A stretch of 64,000 bases of DNA from Spirochaetaceae bacterium (GCA_051531975.1 JAOPTT010000002.1:634445-698444); one strand, 5' to 3'; positions 27,468-38,633 are shown, numbered from the stretch's first letter. The notes: generated from the sequence alone by a model not told the origin. Program-made: numbers and translations.

Positions 27468-29726
27468 CTAATTAGCCGCTAAAACCATTTTTCTAAATTC
27501 TGTGGCGCTGTGATTATGTTTTCTTTTAAAAACCTTACTGAAAGTATTTAGTGAACTATACCCAGCATCATAGGCAATCATTTTAAGAGGTTCATTAGTA
27601 TTTGAAAGTTTATCTTTTACATACTCCAGTCTCATATCCTCAATATAATTCCTGAAAGACTCATCAAACAGTCGGGTGAATATTCTGGAGAAATAGAATG
27701 AGGATAGTTGAAATTCTTCTGCAACCATTAATAAGTTGAGGTTATTATCTCTGAAGTTTTTACGAAGAAAACCGTGGATTTTTGTTTTAAGTATACTATC
27801 CTGGGTATTTTCAGCAGAATGAACCATCCCAGACAGATCCTGAAAGAGTTCACTTATAGCCCCAAAACACTCTTTAAGATCATTAATATGATAAGATGAA
27901 AGACTTTTAATTCTCTGCTCCATCCTAATGTTATCCAGACCGGTTTCAGAATAAGTTTTAAGCAGTGTTGCGATCAAGTTGTATAAAAATAGACGTTGTA
28001 CTTCCGGCGACTGCAAATCCGGATTCATATTTTTTAACTGCGATTCCTTTAAAAAGTGATTCAATTCCTCTGTTTTCCCAAGTTTTACATAGCTAACAAG
28101 GCGGTTTTCCATTTCAACAGTATAAAAGAAGTGGATTTTATTACCCTTTGAATTAACATTAAAAACAGCAAAATCTTCAAGATTCCCAGGAATTGATTTC
28201 AGTATAATTTTAGCTTCTGTCAGAGATTTGTAGAGATCTGATAGATTTTCACGGACTAAACCAATCCCGAATTTTAGTCTTTCATGAAGTTCATTCTCTA
28301 GTTTGTCTTTGACTGACCGAAACAAATCTTCCGCTTTCTTCATAGCTTCATTTTTATCAAACCCGGTAAGTTTACCAATTAATGCAAATCTTGTTGGAGA
28401 GATCTGATGGTAATTTATGGTATCGGTATAATAATTTTGAAGAAACTCTCTGATTGCTATTTGAGTGAAAATTCCATCTCGGCTATCATTCAGACATATG
28501 TCTACGCAGGCTATTGCAAAATAACCAGCTTCAAAATCGAGATCAAGAAGTTTTGAGTTATTAAGTATTTCAACTTCAGTTAATTCCCCTGATAAGAGAG
28601 ATTTATAAAACAGTTGTTCGATATAGGGTTTTTGTAACTTCAGCTCATTTTTAAGTTTCCGGTTTTGACCGGTAATGTCTCTGAAAAAGCTCCCGATATC
28701 AGAGGATGATTTTTCACCTGATTCTATATCTAATTGTTGCTTTTTTATACCTTTTAATATGTCAAACAGTGGTTTAGAAGTAAAAAAAGATGCCACTATA
28801 GCAACTAGCGTTCCTATTAATGTTACAAATATTATAATAAAAATAGTAATTCTGGAAATGTATAATGCCTGAGAATTAATATCTTTTTTGGTTTGTGAAA
28901 TAATGAGTTTCCCCGGAAAGTTCACTAATTTATGGGTGGTTAAATAGAAAGAATCTTTCTCTAACATACTGACATTTTCAAATTCAGTTTGACTTTCCAG
29001 TATCTGTTTTGGAAAAGTTTTATTGGTTGTGGAAATGATATTACCATTGTTTCCGATGATCCCGACACAACCATTCTCAGAATAAGATATCTCTTTTAGT
29101 TGTTTAAGGATTTCTGATTCGGGAAGGAAAAAAACTATTGACCCTGCAATATCTCCTTGAAACTGAAATGATTTAATATAAGGAATATAAGAAGTACTGC
29201 TCTCCTGTGAGTTATCAATAAACTTTAGTTTTGTCAGGTAATCCCCTTTCCATTTCTTCCCGATATAATCACTGACCCAGGTCTCCTGGCTCATCCCCTG
29301 TGCTTTGGAAATATAGTTCCAAAATGTTCCCAGACTGGAACAATGATTTGGTCCATAAACCATAAGGGAATTTTCAAGAAAGATATAATATTTCCCGATT
29401 ATTTTATTAGACAGGCTGTAAGGGGTTAATTCATTGTTATTCAGAAAATTCCATTTATCATATTTATATTCAGATTGGTTTATTTCCTTCTCAAATAAAT
29501 TTTCAAGTTGGGTTTCCATTATAGCATGAGAACCAACCCTCTCAATTTCATTAGTGACCTGATAAAATGTTTTTTCTATCTGTTCAATCTGAAATTGATT
29601 ATTATCCTCAAGATGTTTCCTAGCAGTCAAAATAGTCTGTCTGTAGAATACACTTCCCATAATAAGGGGGATTATTATCACTATTGAGAAAAATATAATG
29701 TATCTTTGAAATATTTTACCTTTCAT
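27468..29726 (-). CDS. Membrane-anchored AraC family regulator (YesS-like)
   Basis: Two TM segments, sensor domain, C-terminal AGYSSLNTFSKVFKR HTH. Confidence 0.87.
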   Translation of the reverse strand: MKGKIFQRYIIFFSIVIIIPLIMGSVFYRQTILTARKHLEDNNQFQIEQIEKTFYQVTNEIERVGSHAIMETQLENLFEKEINQSEYKYDKWNFLNNNELTPYSLSNKIIGKYYIFLENSLMVYGPNHCSSLGTFWNYISKAQGMSQETWVSDYIGKKWKGDYLTKLKFIDNSQESSTSYIPYIKSFQFQGDIAGSIVFFLPESEILKQLKEISYSENGCVGIIGNNGNIISTTNKTFPKQILESQTEFENVSMLEKDSFYLTTHKLVNFPGKLIISQTKKDINSQALYISRITIFIIIFVTLIGTLVAIVASFFTSKPLFDILKGIKKQQLDIESGEKSSSDIGSFFRDITGQNRKLKNELKLQKPYIEQLFYKSLLSGELTEVEILNNSKLLDLDFEAGYFAIACVDICLNDSRDGIFTQIAIREFLQNYYTDTINYHQISPTRFALIGKLTGFDKNEAMKKAEDLFRSVKDKLENELHERLKFGIGLVRENLSDLYKSLTEAKIILKSIPGNLEDFAVFNVNSKGNKIHFFYTVEMENRLVSYVKLGKTEELNHFLKESQLKNMNPDLQSPEVQRLFLYNLIATLLKTYSETGLDNIRMEQRIKSLSSYHINDLKECFGAISELFQDLSGMVHSAENTQDSILKTKIHGFLRKNFRDNNLNLLMVAEEFQLSSFYFSRIFTRLFDESFRNYIEDMRLEYVKDKLSNTNEPLKMIAYDAGYSSLNTFSKVFKRKHNHSATEFRKMVLAAN

Positions 29727-29894
29727 AAGCTCCTAAACTCTCCCTAGTATAGCAAGGGAATACATTCTGTCATATTAAAATCCAATTCGATAGCAGATTA
29801 ATCCATCAAAAGACAAGTCTTTCCAATTTACAGCAGTCAAACGTCTGTTATTCTGAATTATCGTTATATTAAATAAAATAATAAGGAGAATAAG

Positions 29895-30812
29895 TTGCTT
29901 CAAATTAAGAGAGAAAGTATATGGGGAAATATTAAAAAATATCCTGCTCTATACTTTATGCTGATTCCAGGAATCATCTGGCTGATACTATTTAGATATA
30001 TACCTTTTATGGGATCAGTTATAGCTTTTCAGGATTATCAGATTTTTAGAGGAGTTATGGAAAGTCCCTGGGTGGGATTGAAGCACATTAAGAGCTTGAT
30101 TGAATATCCTGATTTTTACAGAATACTAAAAAATACATTAATCTTAGGTTGCTATACTGTAGCATTCACTTTTCCAGTTCCACTGATGTTAGCTATTATG
30201 ATAAATGAAGTCACCTCCAACGTCGTAAAAAAAAGTGTCCAGACTATATTGTATATTCCCCATTTCTTCTCGTGGGTAATTATTGCGGGATTTGCTTTTC
30301 AACTGCTCGGTTCAGATGGTCTGGTTAATACGTTCCGTGAGTGGGTGGGATTGGAGCCTATACTTTTTATTCAATACCCTAAATATTTCCGAATGATTGT
30401 AACTGGAGCATCTATCTACAGGAATGCAGGTTGGGGAACTATTGTTTATCTAGCGGCTATTTCAAGCATCCCTCCTGAAATTTATGAAGCTGCAGTTGTG
30501 GATGGAGCCAGCCGTTTACAGAGAATCCGCTTTATCACCTTTCCAATAATTCTGCCAACTGCCATTATTTTACTACTGTTATCCATTGGCCATTTTATGA
30601 ATCTAGGCTTTGATCGAATTTTTGTATTCCTGACACCTATGACATATAAAGTTGGAGATATTTTTGATACCTATGTTTACAGAGCCGGAATTGCCCAGGG
30701 GCAATACAGTTTTGCAACAGCTGTAGGACTGTTCCAGAGCTTAGTAGGATTTACTTTGGTTGGAATATGTAATTATTTTTCTAAAAAAGTCGGCAACGAA
30801 GGGGTTTTCTAA
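29895..30812 (+). CDS. Carbohydrate ABC transporter permease
   Basis: PWVGLKH, YIPHFFSWV and IYEAAVVDGA motifs. Confidence 0.93.
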   Translation: MLQIKRESIWGNIKKYPALYFMLIPGIIWLILFRYIPFMGSVIAFQDYQIFRGVMESPWVGLKHIKSLIEYPDFYRILKNTLILGCYTVAFTFPVPLMLAIMINEVTSNVVKKSVQTILYIPHFFSWVIIAGFAFQLLGSDGLVNTFREWVGLEPILFIQYPKYFRMIVTGASIYRNAGWGTIVYLAAISSIPPEIYEAAVVDGASRLQRIRFITFPIILPTAIILLLLSIGHFMNLGFDRIFVFLTPMTYKVGDIFDTYVYRAGIAQGQYSFATAVGLFQSLVGFTLVGICNYFSKKVGNEGVF

Positions 30813-31690
30813 TGGGAAAATATTACGATACGCTTAAAGACAAGCGACTTGGACGGAATATATCGGTAGTCCTTATTTTAGTTGGGCTCATATGTGCCTA
30901 TCCGGTAATTAATACTCTGTTTGTTTCGATAAGTAGTGGATTTATGGCTGACAGAGGTAAAGTTTATTTTATTCCAAGGGAAGTAAATTTTGATTCATGG
31001 TCTTATATATTCAGAGATACATCTTTGTGGAGATCCATGGCAAATAGTATTTTTGTAACAATTATAGGAACCATAATAAGTTTATTAATAACATCTATGT
31101 TCGCTTATTCCCTTGCAAATAAGAAACTACATAAAAAAGTAGGAGCCACATTAAGTTTCTTAATCATATTCACAATGATATTCAGATATCCAATAATTCC
31201 CTATTTTCTTTCAATTAGATCCTATGGACTTATGGATTCCCTTTGGGCATTGATTTTACCCCATGCAGTTGTTGCCTATAATCTGATTATCCTAAGAACT
31301 TTTTTCAGACAAATGCCAGATTCCCTAGAAGAGAGTGCGATAATGGAAGGTGCAGGATTTTTCCGTATACTCTTTCAGATTATTCTACCCCTAGCAAAAC
31401 CGGCTCTAGCGACAATCGGTCTCTTTTATGCCGTTTCATACTGGAATCTATTCCTGCATACAATTCTATTTATTAGAAGTGATCATCTAATGACCCTTCA
31501 ACCCAAACTTAGAATGATGCTCGATGCGGTTCTCAGCGAAGAAGAAAATGTGCAGACCATTGTCAATTATAGCGGTTTAACTATTAGAGCTGCTGTGATT
31601 ATGTTTGCAACTATGCCCATTATAATTATTTATCCTTTCCTTCAGAAACATTTTGTAAAAGGTGCCATGCTGGGATCGGTAAAAGGTTAA
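30812..31690 (+). CDS. Carbohydrate ABC transporter permease
   Basis: SLEESAIMEGA EAA loop; QKHFVKGAMLGSVKG C-terminus. Confidence 0.93.
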   Translation: MGKYYDTLKDKRLGRNISVVLILVGLICAYPVINTLFVSISSGFMADRGKVYFIPREVNFDSWSYIFRDTSLWRSMANSIFVTIIGTIISLLITSMFAYSLANKKLHKKVGATLSFLIIFTMIFRYPIIPYFLSIRSYGLMDSLWALILPHAVVAYNLIILRTFFRQMPDSLEESAIMEGAGFFRILFQIILPLAKPALATIGLFYAVSYWNLFLHTILFIRSDHLMTLQPKLRMMLDAVLSEEENVQTIVNYSGLTIRAAVIMFATMPIIIIYPFLQKHFVKGAMLGSVKG

Positions 31691-31759
31691 AATTTTGTAA
31701 AATAAATCTGTTCAATCTTCAAATAGGAATGGACAGTTTATATAAAAAAGGAGTTTACA

Positions 31760-33295
31760 ATGAAACAAAAGTTTTACAGTGTAATTATTCTTCTTATCCT
31801 GGCTGCTTTCAATCTGAATGCGTCTGGACAAAAAGAATCCGCAGATCAGAATGCCTCAATAGATGGGAAAGACCCGATTGTCTGGGTAGAAATGTGGAGT
31901 GATGGTAGCTTTAAAGGTCCAATGGAAAAGGACTATCCTCAATCTGTTTTTTTCCAAGAGAATTTAGGAGTAGGAATCCATGGTCCCCAGATAAACTGGA
32001 ACGGTGGGAAAGATTATGTTGAGCGTCTTAGATTGAACATTGCCAGTGGAGATCTTCCCGATATGTTTCAACCTCGAGAAGGGCTAGAATTGGAACTGGC
32101 TGAACAGGGGGCTATTATGGCTCTAGATGAACTGCTTCCAAAATACGCTCCGAATCTATGGAAAAGAGTACCTAAATCTGTATGGGATATTGTTAAAGCA
32201 AATAGCCCTGATGGAAAAATATATTATTTACCAAAAATATGGGAAGATTTCAGTTTAACTGGATTTATCCGAACAGACTGGCTTGATAGAGTTAATGCCA
32301 CAATACCTACAACTATTGAAGAGTATGAAAAAGTTCTAGCCCTATTTAAGAAAATGGATGCCAATGGAAATGGGGATCCTGATGATGAGCTTCCAACTAC
32401 AGGTCGACAGGATGCATCTTGGATGGATCATCTTTTTGCTCCTTATGGAGTTGCTATAGATTCGGGAAGACCACAATGGGATATATATGATGGAAAATTA
32501 ACATATTCTGCTGTTACAGGAAATATGAAAGCAGCCCTAGAATGGCAAGCAAGTCTCTTTAAAAAAGGGCTTATTGATCAGGAAACACTGCTAAATTCAA
32601 AAACTATGTGGGATGGAAAAATAAAAAATAACAGAGTTGGAACCTGGTTTCATGGAGCACAATGGGTAATAAGTCGTTTAACTGCTATTCAAAAAATTGA
32701 TCCCGACTTAAACATTGCAGTTCTTCCGGCTTTAAAAGCAAAAGGTTATGATGGTTTTTATTCAAGAATGGCTTATAAGGGGCCGCAATGGGTTTTTTCT
32801 GCGGAAAGTGAAGAAAAAGTTATTGCTGCATTAAAAGTTCTAAATTATCTGAATGACCCTGATACTATCGAAGATCTGGCCCATGGATATGAAAGTATAA
32901 ATTATGAAATTCAAGATGGAAAAGAGGTCCGGATTGCCCAACCACCTAATACTCAGGATATTATGACACCGTTAGTTACTAATAAGGAGAGTGAAATTTA
33001 TTTCAGATTCAGCAATATTACAGATGGAACGTTACTTCCACTGGCTAATATGATTTCTAATGTAATAAGAGATATCGATAATAAAGAGATAGCCGGACAG
33101 GGAATGCCAGCACACATATATGAAGGTTATCCTGATATCCAAAATCATACATTATATAAAGAGTATGCCTCCCTGGTAATACTAGGTGAATATGATATCA
33201 ATGATTTTGATGATTTCAGAGAAAAATGGTATGCATCAGGTGGTGATGTTGTAACAGAAAGAATCAGAAAATGGTATGCGGGAATACAGAATTAA
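31760..33295 (+). CDS. Carbohydrate ABC transporter solute-binding protein
   Basis: Signal peptide; IASGDLPD and IRTDWLD..PTT..DANGNG motifs. Confidence 0.92.
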   Translation: MKQKFYSVIILLILAAFNLNASGQKESADQNASIDGKDPIVWVEMWSDGSFKGPMEKDYPQSVFFQENLGVGIHGPQINWNGGKDYVERLRLNIASGDLPDMFQPREGLELELAEQGAIMALDELLPKYAPNLWKRVPKSVWDIVKANSPDGKIYYLPKIWEDFSLTGFIRTDWLDRVNATIPTTIEEYEKVLALFKKMDANGNGDPDDELPTTGRQDASWMDHLFAPYGVAIDSGRPQWDIYDGKLTYSAVTGNMKAALEWQASLFKKGLIDQETLLNSKTMWDGKIKNNRVGTWFHGAQWVISRLTAIQKIDPDLNIAVLPALKAKGYDGFYSRMAYKGPQWVFSAESEEKVIAALKVLNYLNDPDTIEDLAHGYESINYEIQDGKEVRIAQPPNTQDIMTPLVTNKESEIYFRFSNITDGTLLPLANMISNVIRDIDNKEIAGQGMPAHIYEGYPDIQNHTLYKEYASLVILGEYDINDFDDFREKWYASGGDVVTERIRKWYAGIQN

Positions 33296-33319
33296 TAATT
33301 ATTAGATTTGTTAACCTCT

Positions 33320-33364
33320 AAAGCGGAATTCCATTCATTGTAATGTATGGGAATCCGCTTTTTT
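33320..33364 (+). terminator. Hairpin or terminator after the solute-binding protein gene
   Basis: AAAGCGGA...TCCGCTTT stem followed by a T-run. Confidence 0.65.
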
Positions 33365-33401
33365 AGAAAATGAATAATGTCCACAAGATTTAGGGGGAAA
33401 T

Positions 33402-34337
33402 ATGCTTAAAAGAGATTTTGGAAAAACAAATTGGAAAATATCCTCCATCGGACTGGGAACCTGGAATATCGGTAACCAGTGGGGTGAAATGGATGATGAG
33501 ACAGCCGTGTCTATAATCAAAGCTGCTTATGATAAGGGTATGAACCTTTTTGATGTAGCCGAATCCTACGGTATCCCCAGTGGACTCAGTGAAATTAGAT
33601 TGGGAAAAGCATTAAAAGAGATGAATCGGAAAGATGTTTATCTTGTCAGTAAAATCGGTCATTTTGGTAGTAGAACAGGCTGTGGCGTTCCCAAGAAAAC
33701 AATAGATATGATCCGCCTTTGTGGACATGCCTGTCTTGGTAGACTTCAGACAAGTTACATAGACCTAATGTTGTGTCATGACGGTGGCATAAAAGACCCA
33801 TCAATATATATAAATGGATTCCAAGAGCTCAAAAAAGAGGGATTTATCAGAGAATACGGAATCTCCACGGATGATCTCGATGTACTAAAAAAATTTTATG
33901 ATACTTCAGGTGGCCAATGTGCCGCCGTAGAACTAGACTATTCTCTAATAAATAGAAAAGCTGAAATAGAACTGCTTAATTACTGCCAAGAAAAAAATCT
34001 GGGAGTTCTTGTTAGAGGAGCCCTTGCTCAGGGCCTTCTTTCAGGCAAGTATAACGAAGATACGGTTTTTACCGATACTGTTCGCTCAAAATGGAACAGA
34101 GAGGGCAATCAGAGAAAAACCTTCGAGGAAAAACTAACAATATTAAATAAACTGAAAAATAATCCTGGGCTTAAAGATAATATAGTGAAGACGGGACTTC
34201 AATACGTCATATCACATCCCTGTAATCCTGTAGCTATACCGGGAGCGACATCAATCGACCAGGCTGTTTTTAATGCTGGGGCCGGAGACAGTCTATTATC
34301 AGATGACATTCTGAAAATGATACAGGAGAAATTATAA
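33402..34337 (+). CDS. Aldo/keto reductase
   Basis: IGLGTW, FDVAESYG, SKIG, LQTSYIDL, YSLINR, LAQGLLSGKY and IPGA motifs. Confidence 0.92.
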   Translation: MLKRDFGKTNWKISSIGLGTWNIGNQWGEMDDETAVSIIKAAYDKGMNLFDVAESYGIPSGLSEIRLGKALKEMNRKDVYLVSKIGHFGSRTGCGVPKKTIDMIRLCGHACLGRLQTSYIDLMLCHDGGIKDPSIYINGFQELKKEGFIREYGISTDDLDVLKKFYDTSGGQCAAVELDYSLINRKAEIELLNYCQEKNLGVLVRGALAQGLLSGKYNEDTVFTDTVRSKWNREGNQRKTFEEKLTILNKLKNNPGLKDNIVKTGLQYVISHPCNPVAIPGATSIDQAVFNAGAGDSLLSDDILKMIQEKL

Positions 34338-36097
34338 TGTTATATCCAAGAGAATCAGAAACAAGAGAAATCGTTAATCTTTGTGGAATATGGAAGTTTA
34401 AACTAGATGACGAAATATTAAACGAAGAGATTGTAAAAAAACCTCTCTCTCAGTCCATAAATATGGCTGTTCCTGCTAGTTATAATGATCTGACACAGAA
34501 CTCTAGCATCAGAGATCATATAGGTTGGGTCTGGTACGAACGAGAAATTTGTATCAGTCGCTACTGGAAAGGTCGTAAAAAAATACTTCATTTTGGAAGT
34601 GTGACCCATGAAGCTAAAGTTTATATAAACGGCAAACACGTAACTTCCCACAAAGGGGGATATCTTCCTTTCGATGTTGATATTTCTGAGTATTGCAATG
34701 ATTCCTCAGAGATACGCTTATCTGTTGCCGTTAGCAATATACTGGATTGGACAACACTACCTCCTGGACAAATATTGACATACGATGATGAGAACCACCC
34801 TAAAGGTTTTAAAACACAGGAGTATTTTCATGATTTTTTTAACTACTCAGGGATTCACAGACCTGTAAAACTATGTTTAATCCCTGAATCAAATATTTCT
34901 TCAATATCTATAAATGCAGATGTTCAAAATGATAAGGGAATAGTTAAATACGATATAACCTTATCTGAAAAACCGGAAAAAACAGATATTGAACTATTAG
35001 ACAGAGATGGAAAACCAGTGGTTATAGACAACTCTGGTACCGGTACTTTTGAAGTTTTGACCCCTACTCTGTGGGAACCGGGGAAAGCTTATCTCTATAC
35101 GCTAAAAGTTCACTGCGTCTGGAAATCGGGAGTAGAGGATATATATTCTCTTCCAATTGGATTTCGCTCCATAGCTCTAAAAAACGGTAAATTTTTAATC
35201 AATGGGAAAGAATTTTATTTCAAAGGATTTGGAAGACATGAGGATTTTACCATTTTAGGTAAGGGCCTAAATAATGCTCTTAATGTTAAAGACTTCAGTT
35301 TACTAAAATGGATTGGAGCGAATTCATTTAGAACTAGCCACTACCCATATAGCGAAGAGATGATGAATATGGCCGATGAAGAGGGAATCGTAATTATCGA
35401 TGAATCCCCTGCCGTTGGATTATGGAATAAAACCAATCCTGTTTTCTGTGAAGGAAGAGTTGGAGATGAAATGTTAGATCACCATCTGAATGTGATGGAG
35501 GAATTGATTAATAGAGACAGACATCATCCATCTGTAGTGATGTGGAGCGTCGTAAATGAACCAGCTTCATGGGAGGAGAATTCAAGACCCTATTTCGAAA
35601 AGGTTGCATCCTATACCCGAAGCCTGGATCCCTCTAGACCTATATGTGCTGTTCTTCATAGTAATCCGCTAAAAGACAACATTGGTGATCTGTTTGATGT
35701 TATCGGCTTCAATACCTACCCTTCATGGTACACAGATTCTGGCTCTCTTGAAGTAATAAATATACAGTTGACCAGGAACTTACAAAACTGGTTTAAAAGA
35801 TATGGAAAACCTGTGATAGTCACAGAATACGGAGCGGATACAATAGCAGGATTGCATCAGAATCCAGCGGAAATGTTCACAGAAGAGTACCAGTGGAGAA
35901 TGATTGATGAATGCCAGAAAGTATTTGACCAGCACGACTTTGTTATAGGAGAGCATTTATGGAACTTCGCGGATTTTGCGACAAAACAAGGGGTTAGACG
36001 GCCCGGTGGTAACAGAAAAGGGATTTTCACCCGTAACAGAGAACCAAAATTATCCGCTCATTTTCTAAGACGCAGATGGACTGGAAAAGAACTATAA
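34337..36097 (+). CDS. uidA: Beta-glucuronidase (GH2)
   Basis: DFFNYSGIHRPV, KGFGRHED, NSFRTSHYPY, WSVVNEP, TEYGAD, WNFADF and the GUS-specific N-x-KG motif (GNRKGIFTR). Confidence 0.92.
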   Translation: MLYPRESETREIVNLCGIWKFKLDDEILNEEIVKKPLSQSINMAVPASYNDLTQNSSIRDHIGWVWYEREICISRYWKGRKKILHFGSVTHEAKVYINGKHVTSHKGGYLPFDVDISEYCNDSSEIRLSVAVSNILDWTTLPPGQILTYDDENHPKGFKTQEYFHDFFNYSGIHRPVKLCLIPESNISSISINADVQNDKGIVKYDITLSEKPEKTDIELLDRDGKPVVIDNSGTGTFEVLTPTLWEPGKAYLYTLKVHCVWKSGVEDIYSLPIGFRSIALKNGKFLINGKEFYFKGFGRHEDFTILGKGLNNALNVKDFSLLKWIGANSFRTSHYPYSEEMMNMADEEGIVIIDESPAVGLWNKTNPVFCEGRVGDEMLDHHLNVMEELINRDRHHPSVVMWSVVNEPASWEENSRPYFEKVASYTRSLDPSRPICAVLHSNPLKDNIGDLFDVIGFNTYPSWYTDSGSLEVINIQLTRNLQNWFKRYGKPVIVTEYGADTIAGLHQNPAEMFTEEYQWRMIDECQKVFDQHDFVIGEHLWNFADFATKQGVRRPGGNRKGIFTRNREPKLSAHFLRRRWTGKEL

Positions 36098-36114
36098 TAA
36101 TAAAGGAATAAAAT

Positions 36115-37227
36115 ATGAATATTAATAAGATTTTTGCACAAACCGGAATCCATATGAAAAATATGATTAAAACCATAGGAGAATTGGATGGGAATCCCCG
36201 ATGTACCAACGCCGACGGATCTGTCCGTTACGTGAAACCGGGAGATTGGACCAGTGGATTTTTTCCTGGTTGTTTATGGCTTCAATATGAATATACAGGA
36301 GATTCCTTCTGGAAGGATGCAGCTGTTAAATACACGGAAAAACTTAAAGAACAGCAATTCAATGATACAAACCACGATATAGGTTTCAAGATGTACTGTA
36401 GTTACGGTGCAGGTTTGAGATTGTCAGACAAGGTTGCTTACAAAGATGTACTTCTCCAGAGCGCCAAAACACTGATCAGCCGGTATAATCCAGTTACAGG
36501 ATGTATTAGATCCTGGAACCACCATAAGGATAAATGGGGGTTTCCCGTTATCATCGATAATATGATGAACCTCGAATTACTATTCTGGGCTTCAAAAGAG
36601 AGTGGAGATTCTACTTATTACGATATCGCCTTGTCCCATGCAGAAAAAACATTAGATAACCATTTCAGAGCGGATAATAGTTGTTACCACGTACTGGATT
36701 ATAATACATTAACAGGTGCTGTTGAGCATAAACATACCCGGCAAGGTCACGCTCATGAATCTGCTTGGGCGAGGGGTCAGGCCTGGGCAATTTATGGATT
36801 CACAATGTGTTATCGTGAAACAGGTTTTAGAAAATTTCTAGATCAGGCGGTTAAAGTGGCTGATTTTATAATGAACCACAACAGACTTCCAGAAGATGGA
36901 GTACCATTCTGGGATTTTGACGATCCAAAGATTCCCCATGCGCCACGGGACGCTTCTTCCGCTGCTGCGATCTGCTCTGGGTTGTATGAGTTAAACACTT
37001 ATCTCGGAGAGTCGGGAAAAAAATATAGAGTTTTTGCAGATAAACTTTTCCAGGCTCTTTCCTCCCCCGAATATCTGGCGGGAACAGGAGAGAATAACAA
37101 TTTCATACTAAAACATAGCGTAGGAAACCTTCCACAGAATGATGAAGTAGATCAGCCGATTATCTATGCAGATTATTATTATCTAGAAGCGGCTCTGCGA
37201 AAAAACAAGCTGGAAACCGGATCATAA
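36115..37227 (+). CDS. Unsaturated glucuronyl hydrolase (GH88)
   Basis: WTSGFFPG, HDIGF, IIDNMMNL, WARGQAW, RDASSAAA and YADYYYLEA motifs. Confidence 0.92.
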   Translation: MNINKIFAQTGIHMKNMIKTIGELDGNPRCTNADGSVRYVKPGDWTSGFFPGCLWLQYEYTGDSFWKDAAVKYTEKLKEQQFNDTNHDIGFKMYCSYGAGLRLSDKVAYKDVLLQSAKTLISRYNPVTGCIRSWNHHKDKWGFPVIIDNMMNLELLFWASKESGDSTYYDIALSHAEKTLDNHFRADNSCYHVLDYNTLTGAVEHKHTRQGHAHESAWARGQAWAIYGFTMCYRETGFRKFLDQAVKVADFIMNHNRLPEDGVPFWDFDDPKIPHAPRDASSAAAICSGLYELNTYLGESGKKYRVFADKLFQALSSPEYLAGTGENNNFILKHSVGNLPQNDEVDQPIIYADYYYLEAALRKNKLETGS

Positions 37228-37232
37228 TAGAC

Positions 37233-37262
37233 AATAGATGGGGTCATGAGATCCCATCTATT
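37233..37262. terminator. Inverted repeat ending the glucuronidase operon
   Basis: AATAGATGGG...CCCATCTATT 10-bp stem. Confidence 0.6.
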
Positions 37263-37324
37263 AAACAAACAAAGTCAATAAGCCCAGTAGTTTTTCCTAT
37301 AACTTTCATATATAATTTATAGCT

Positions 37325-37957
37325 ATGAAAAGAGAACTAAATGTAATTAATGCAGGCCGATTATCTTACAACGATGCACTTGAACTACAACTTAAAACAC
37401 AGCAAGATCGAATGGAAAACAAAATAGTAGATACAATAATTTTTGTGGAGCACAACCACGTCTTAACAACTGGTCGTAGAGACCAAAGCCATAATATATT
37501 AGTAGACCCAAAAGTTGTTGGAGCTGAACTTGTTCAAACCAACCGTGGTGGAGAAGTAACCTATCATGGACCTGGTCAGATAGTTGGATATATTATAATA
37601 AACCTAAAAGAGTATGGAAAAGGTATAAAAGGTTATATTACAGATTTAGAAGAAATATTCATTAGACTTTTAGAAAAAAACTACTCTATCGAATCATACA
37701 GAGATAGTGAACATCGGGGTGTATGGGTTAATAATGCAAAAATAACTGCTGTTGGAATTGCCGTAAACAGAGGAATTACAATGCATGGTTTTGCTTTTAA
37801 TGTGAATACAGACCTAGACTGTTTTAAATGGATAGTACCATGTGGTATCCAAGGTCGTGATGTTGAGTCACTTCAAAGATTAACAGGAAAAGAACTAGAT
37901 ATGGACATTGTAAGAGAACAAGTTCTAACATCTTTTAAAGATGTATTTGATTATTAA
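37325..37957 (+). CDS. lipB: Lipoyl(octanoyl) transferase
   Basis: EH..V.T.GR, RGGEVTYHGPGQ, KITAVG, HGFAFNV and IVPCG motifs. Confidence 0.95.
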   Translation: MKRELNVINAGRLSYNDALELQLKTQQDRMENKIVDTIIFVEHNHVLTTGRRDQSHNILVDPKVVGAELVQTNRGGEVTYHGPGQIVGYIIINLKEYGKGIKGYITDLEEIFIRLLEKNYSIESYRDSEHRGVWVNNAKITAVGIAVNRGITMHGFAFNVNTDLDCFKWIVPCGIQGRDVESLQRLTGKELDMDIVREQVLTSFKDVFDY

Positions 37958-37972
37958 TTAAGGAAAACAGAG

Positions 37973-38626
37973 ATGAAAATAGAAGCAATAATTTTTGATT
38001 TAGATGGAACACTTCTAAATACATTAGATGATTTAGCAGGAAGTATGAATAAAGTTCTAGAGGAGAATTCATTACCAACCCACCCATCTAGTTCATATCT
38101 GTATTTTATAGGTGGTGGTGCAAAAAAACTTGTCGAGAGTGCACTACCTGAAACAGAAAGAACCCCAGAACTAATAGATAAATATCTTAATAGATACCGA
38201 GATATCTACAGAGAGAATTGGAATGTTAATACAAAGTTATATGATGACATAGAGAGTATGTTAATTAAGCTAAAAAGCCTAAATGTACCTATTGCTGTAT
38301 TGTCTAATAAACCACATTCAGATGTTTTGAAATGTGTAGATTATTATTTTAAACCAGAAACATTTTTATCAGTAGCAGGGCAAAAGGATTCTATACCCCA
38401 CAAACCTGCACCCGATGGAGCTTTTAATATAGTAAATGAACTGAATGTTAATGTAGAAAATACAATCTTTGTTGGTGATTCCTCTGTTGATATGAAAACA
38501 GCAAAAGCAGCTAAAATGATTGCTGTAGGAGTATCCTGGGGGTTCCGTACCACTGAAGAGCTATTAAAAAATGGTGCTGACCATATTATTAACAATCCAG
38601 GCCAGTTACTTTCCCTTTTGAACTAG
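37973..38626 (+). CDS. HAD family hydrolase (phosphoglycolate phosphatase-like)
   Basis: FDLDGTLLNT, LSNK, KPAP, VGDS and GVSWGFR motifs. Confidence 0.88.
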   Translation: MKIEAIIFDLDGTLLNTLDDLAGSMNKVLEENSLPTHPSSSYLYFIGGGAKKLVESALPETERTPELIDKYLNRYRDIYRENWNVNTKLYDDIESMLIKLKSLNVPIAVLSNKPHSDVLKCVDYYFKPETFLSVAGQKDSIPHKPAPDGAFNIVNELNVNVENTIFVGDSSVDMKTAKAAKMIAVGVSWGFRTTEELLKNGADHIINNPGQLLSLLN

Positions 38627-38633
38627 AATTGCC

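Noticed and set aside
29781..29840. TCCA-initiated repeats at 29781, 29802 and 29822 as an AraC site
   Set aside because: Similarity is too weak and the spacing irregular to call confidently.
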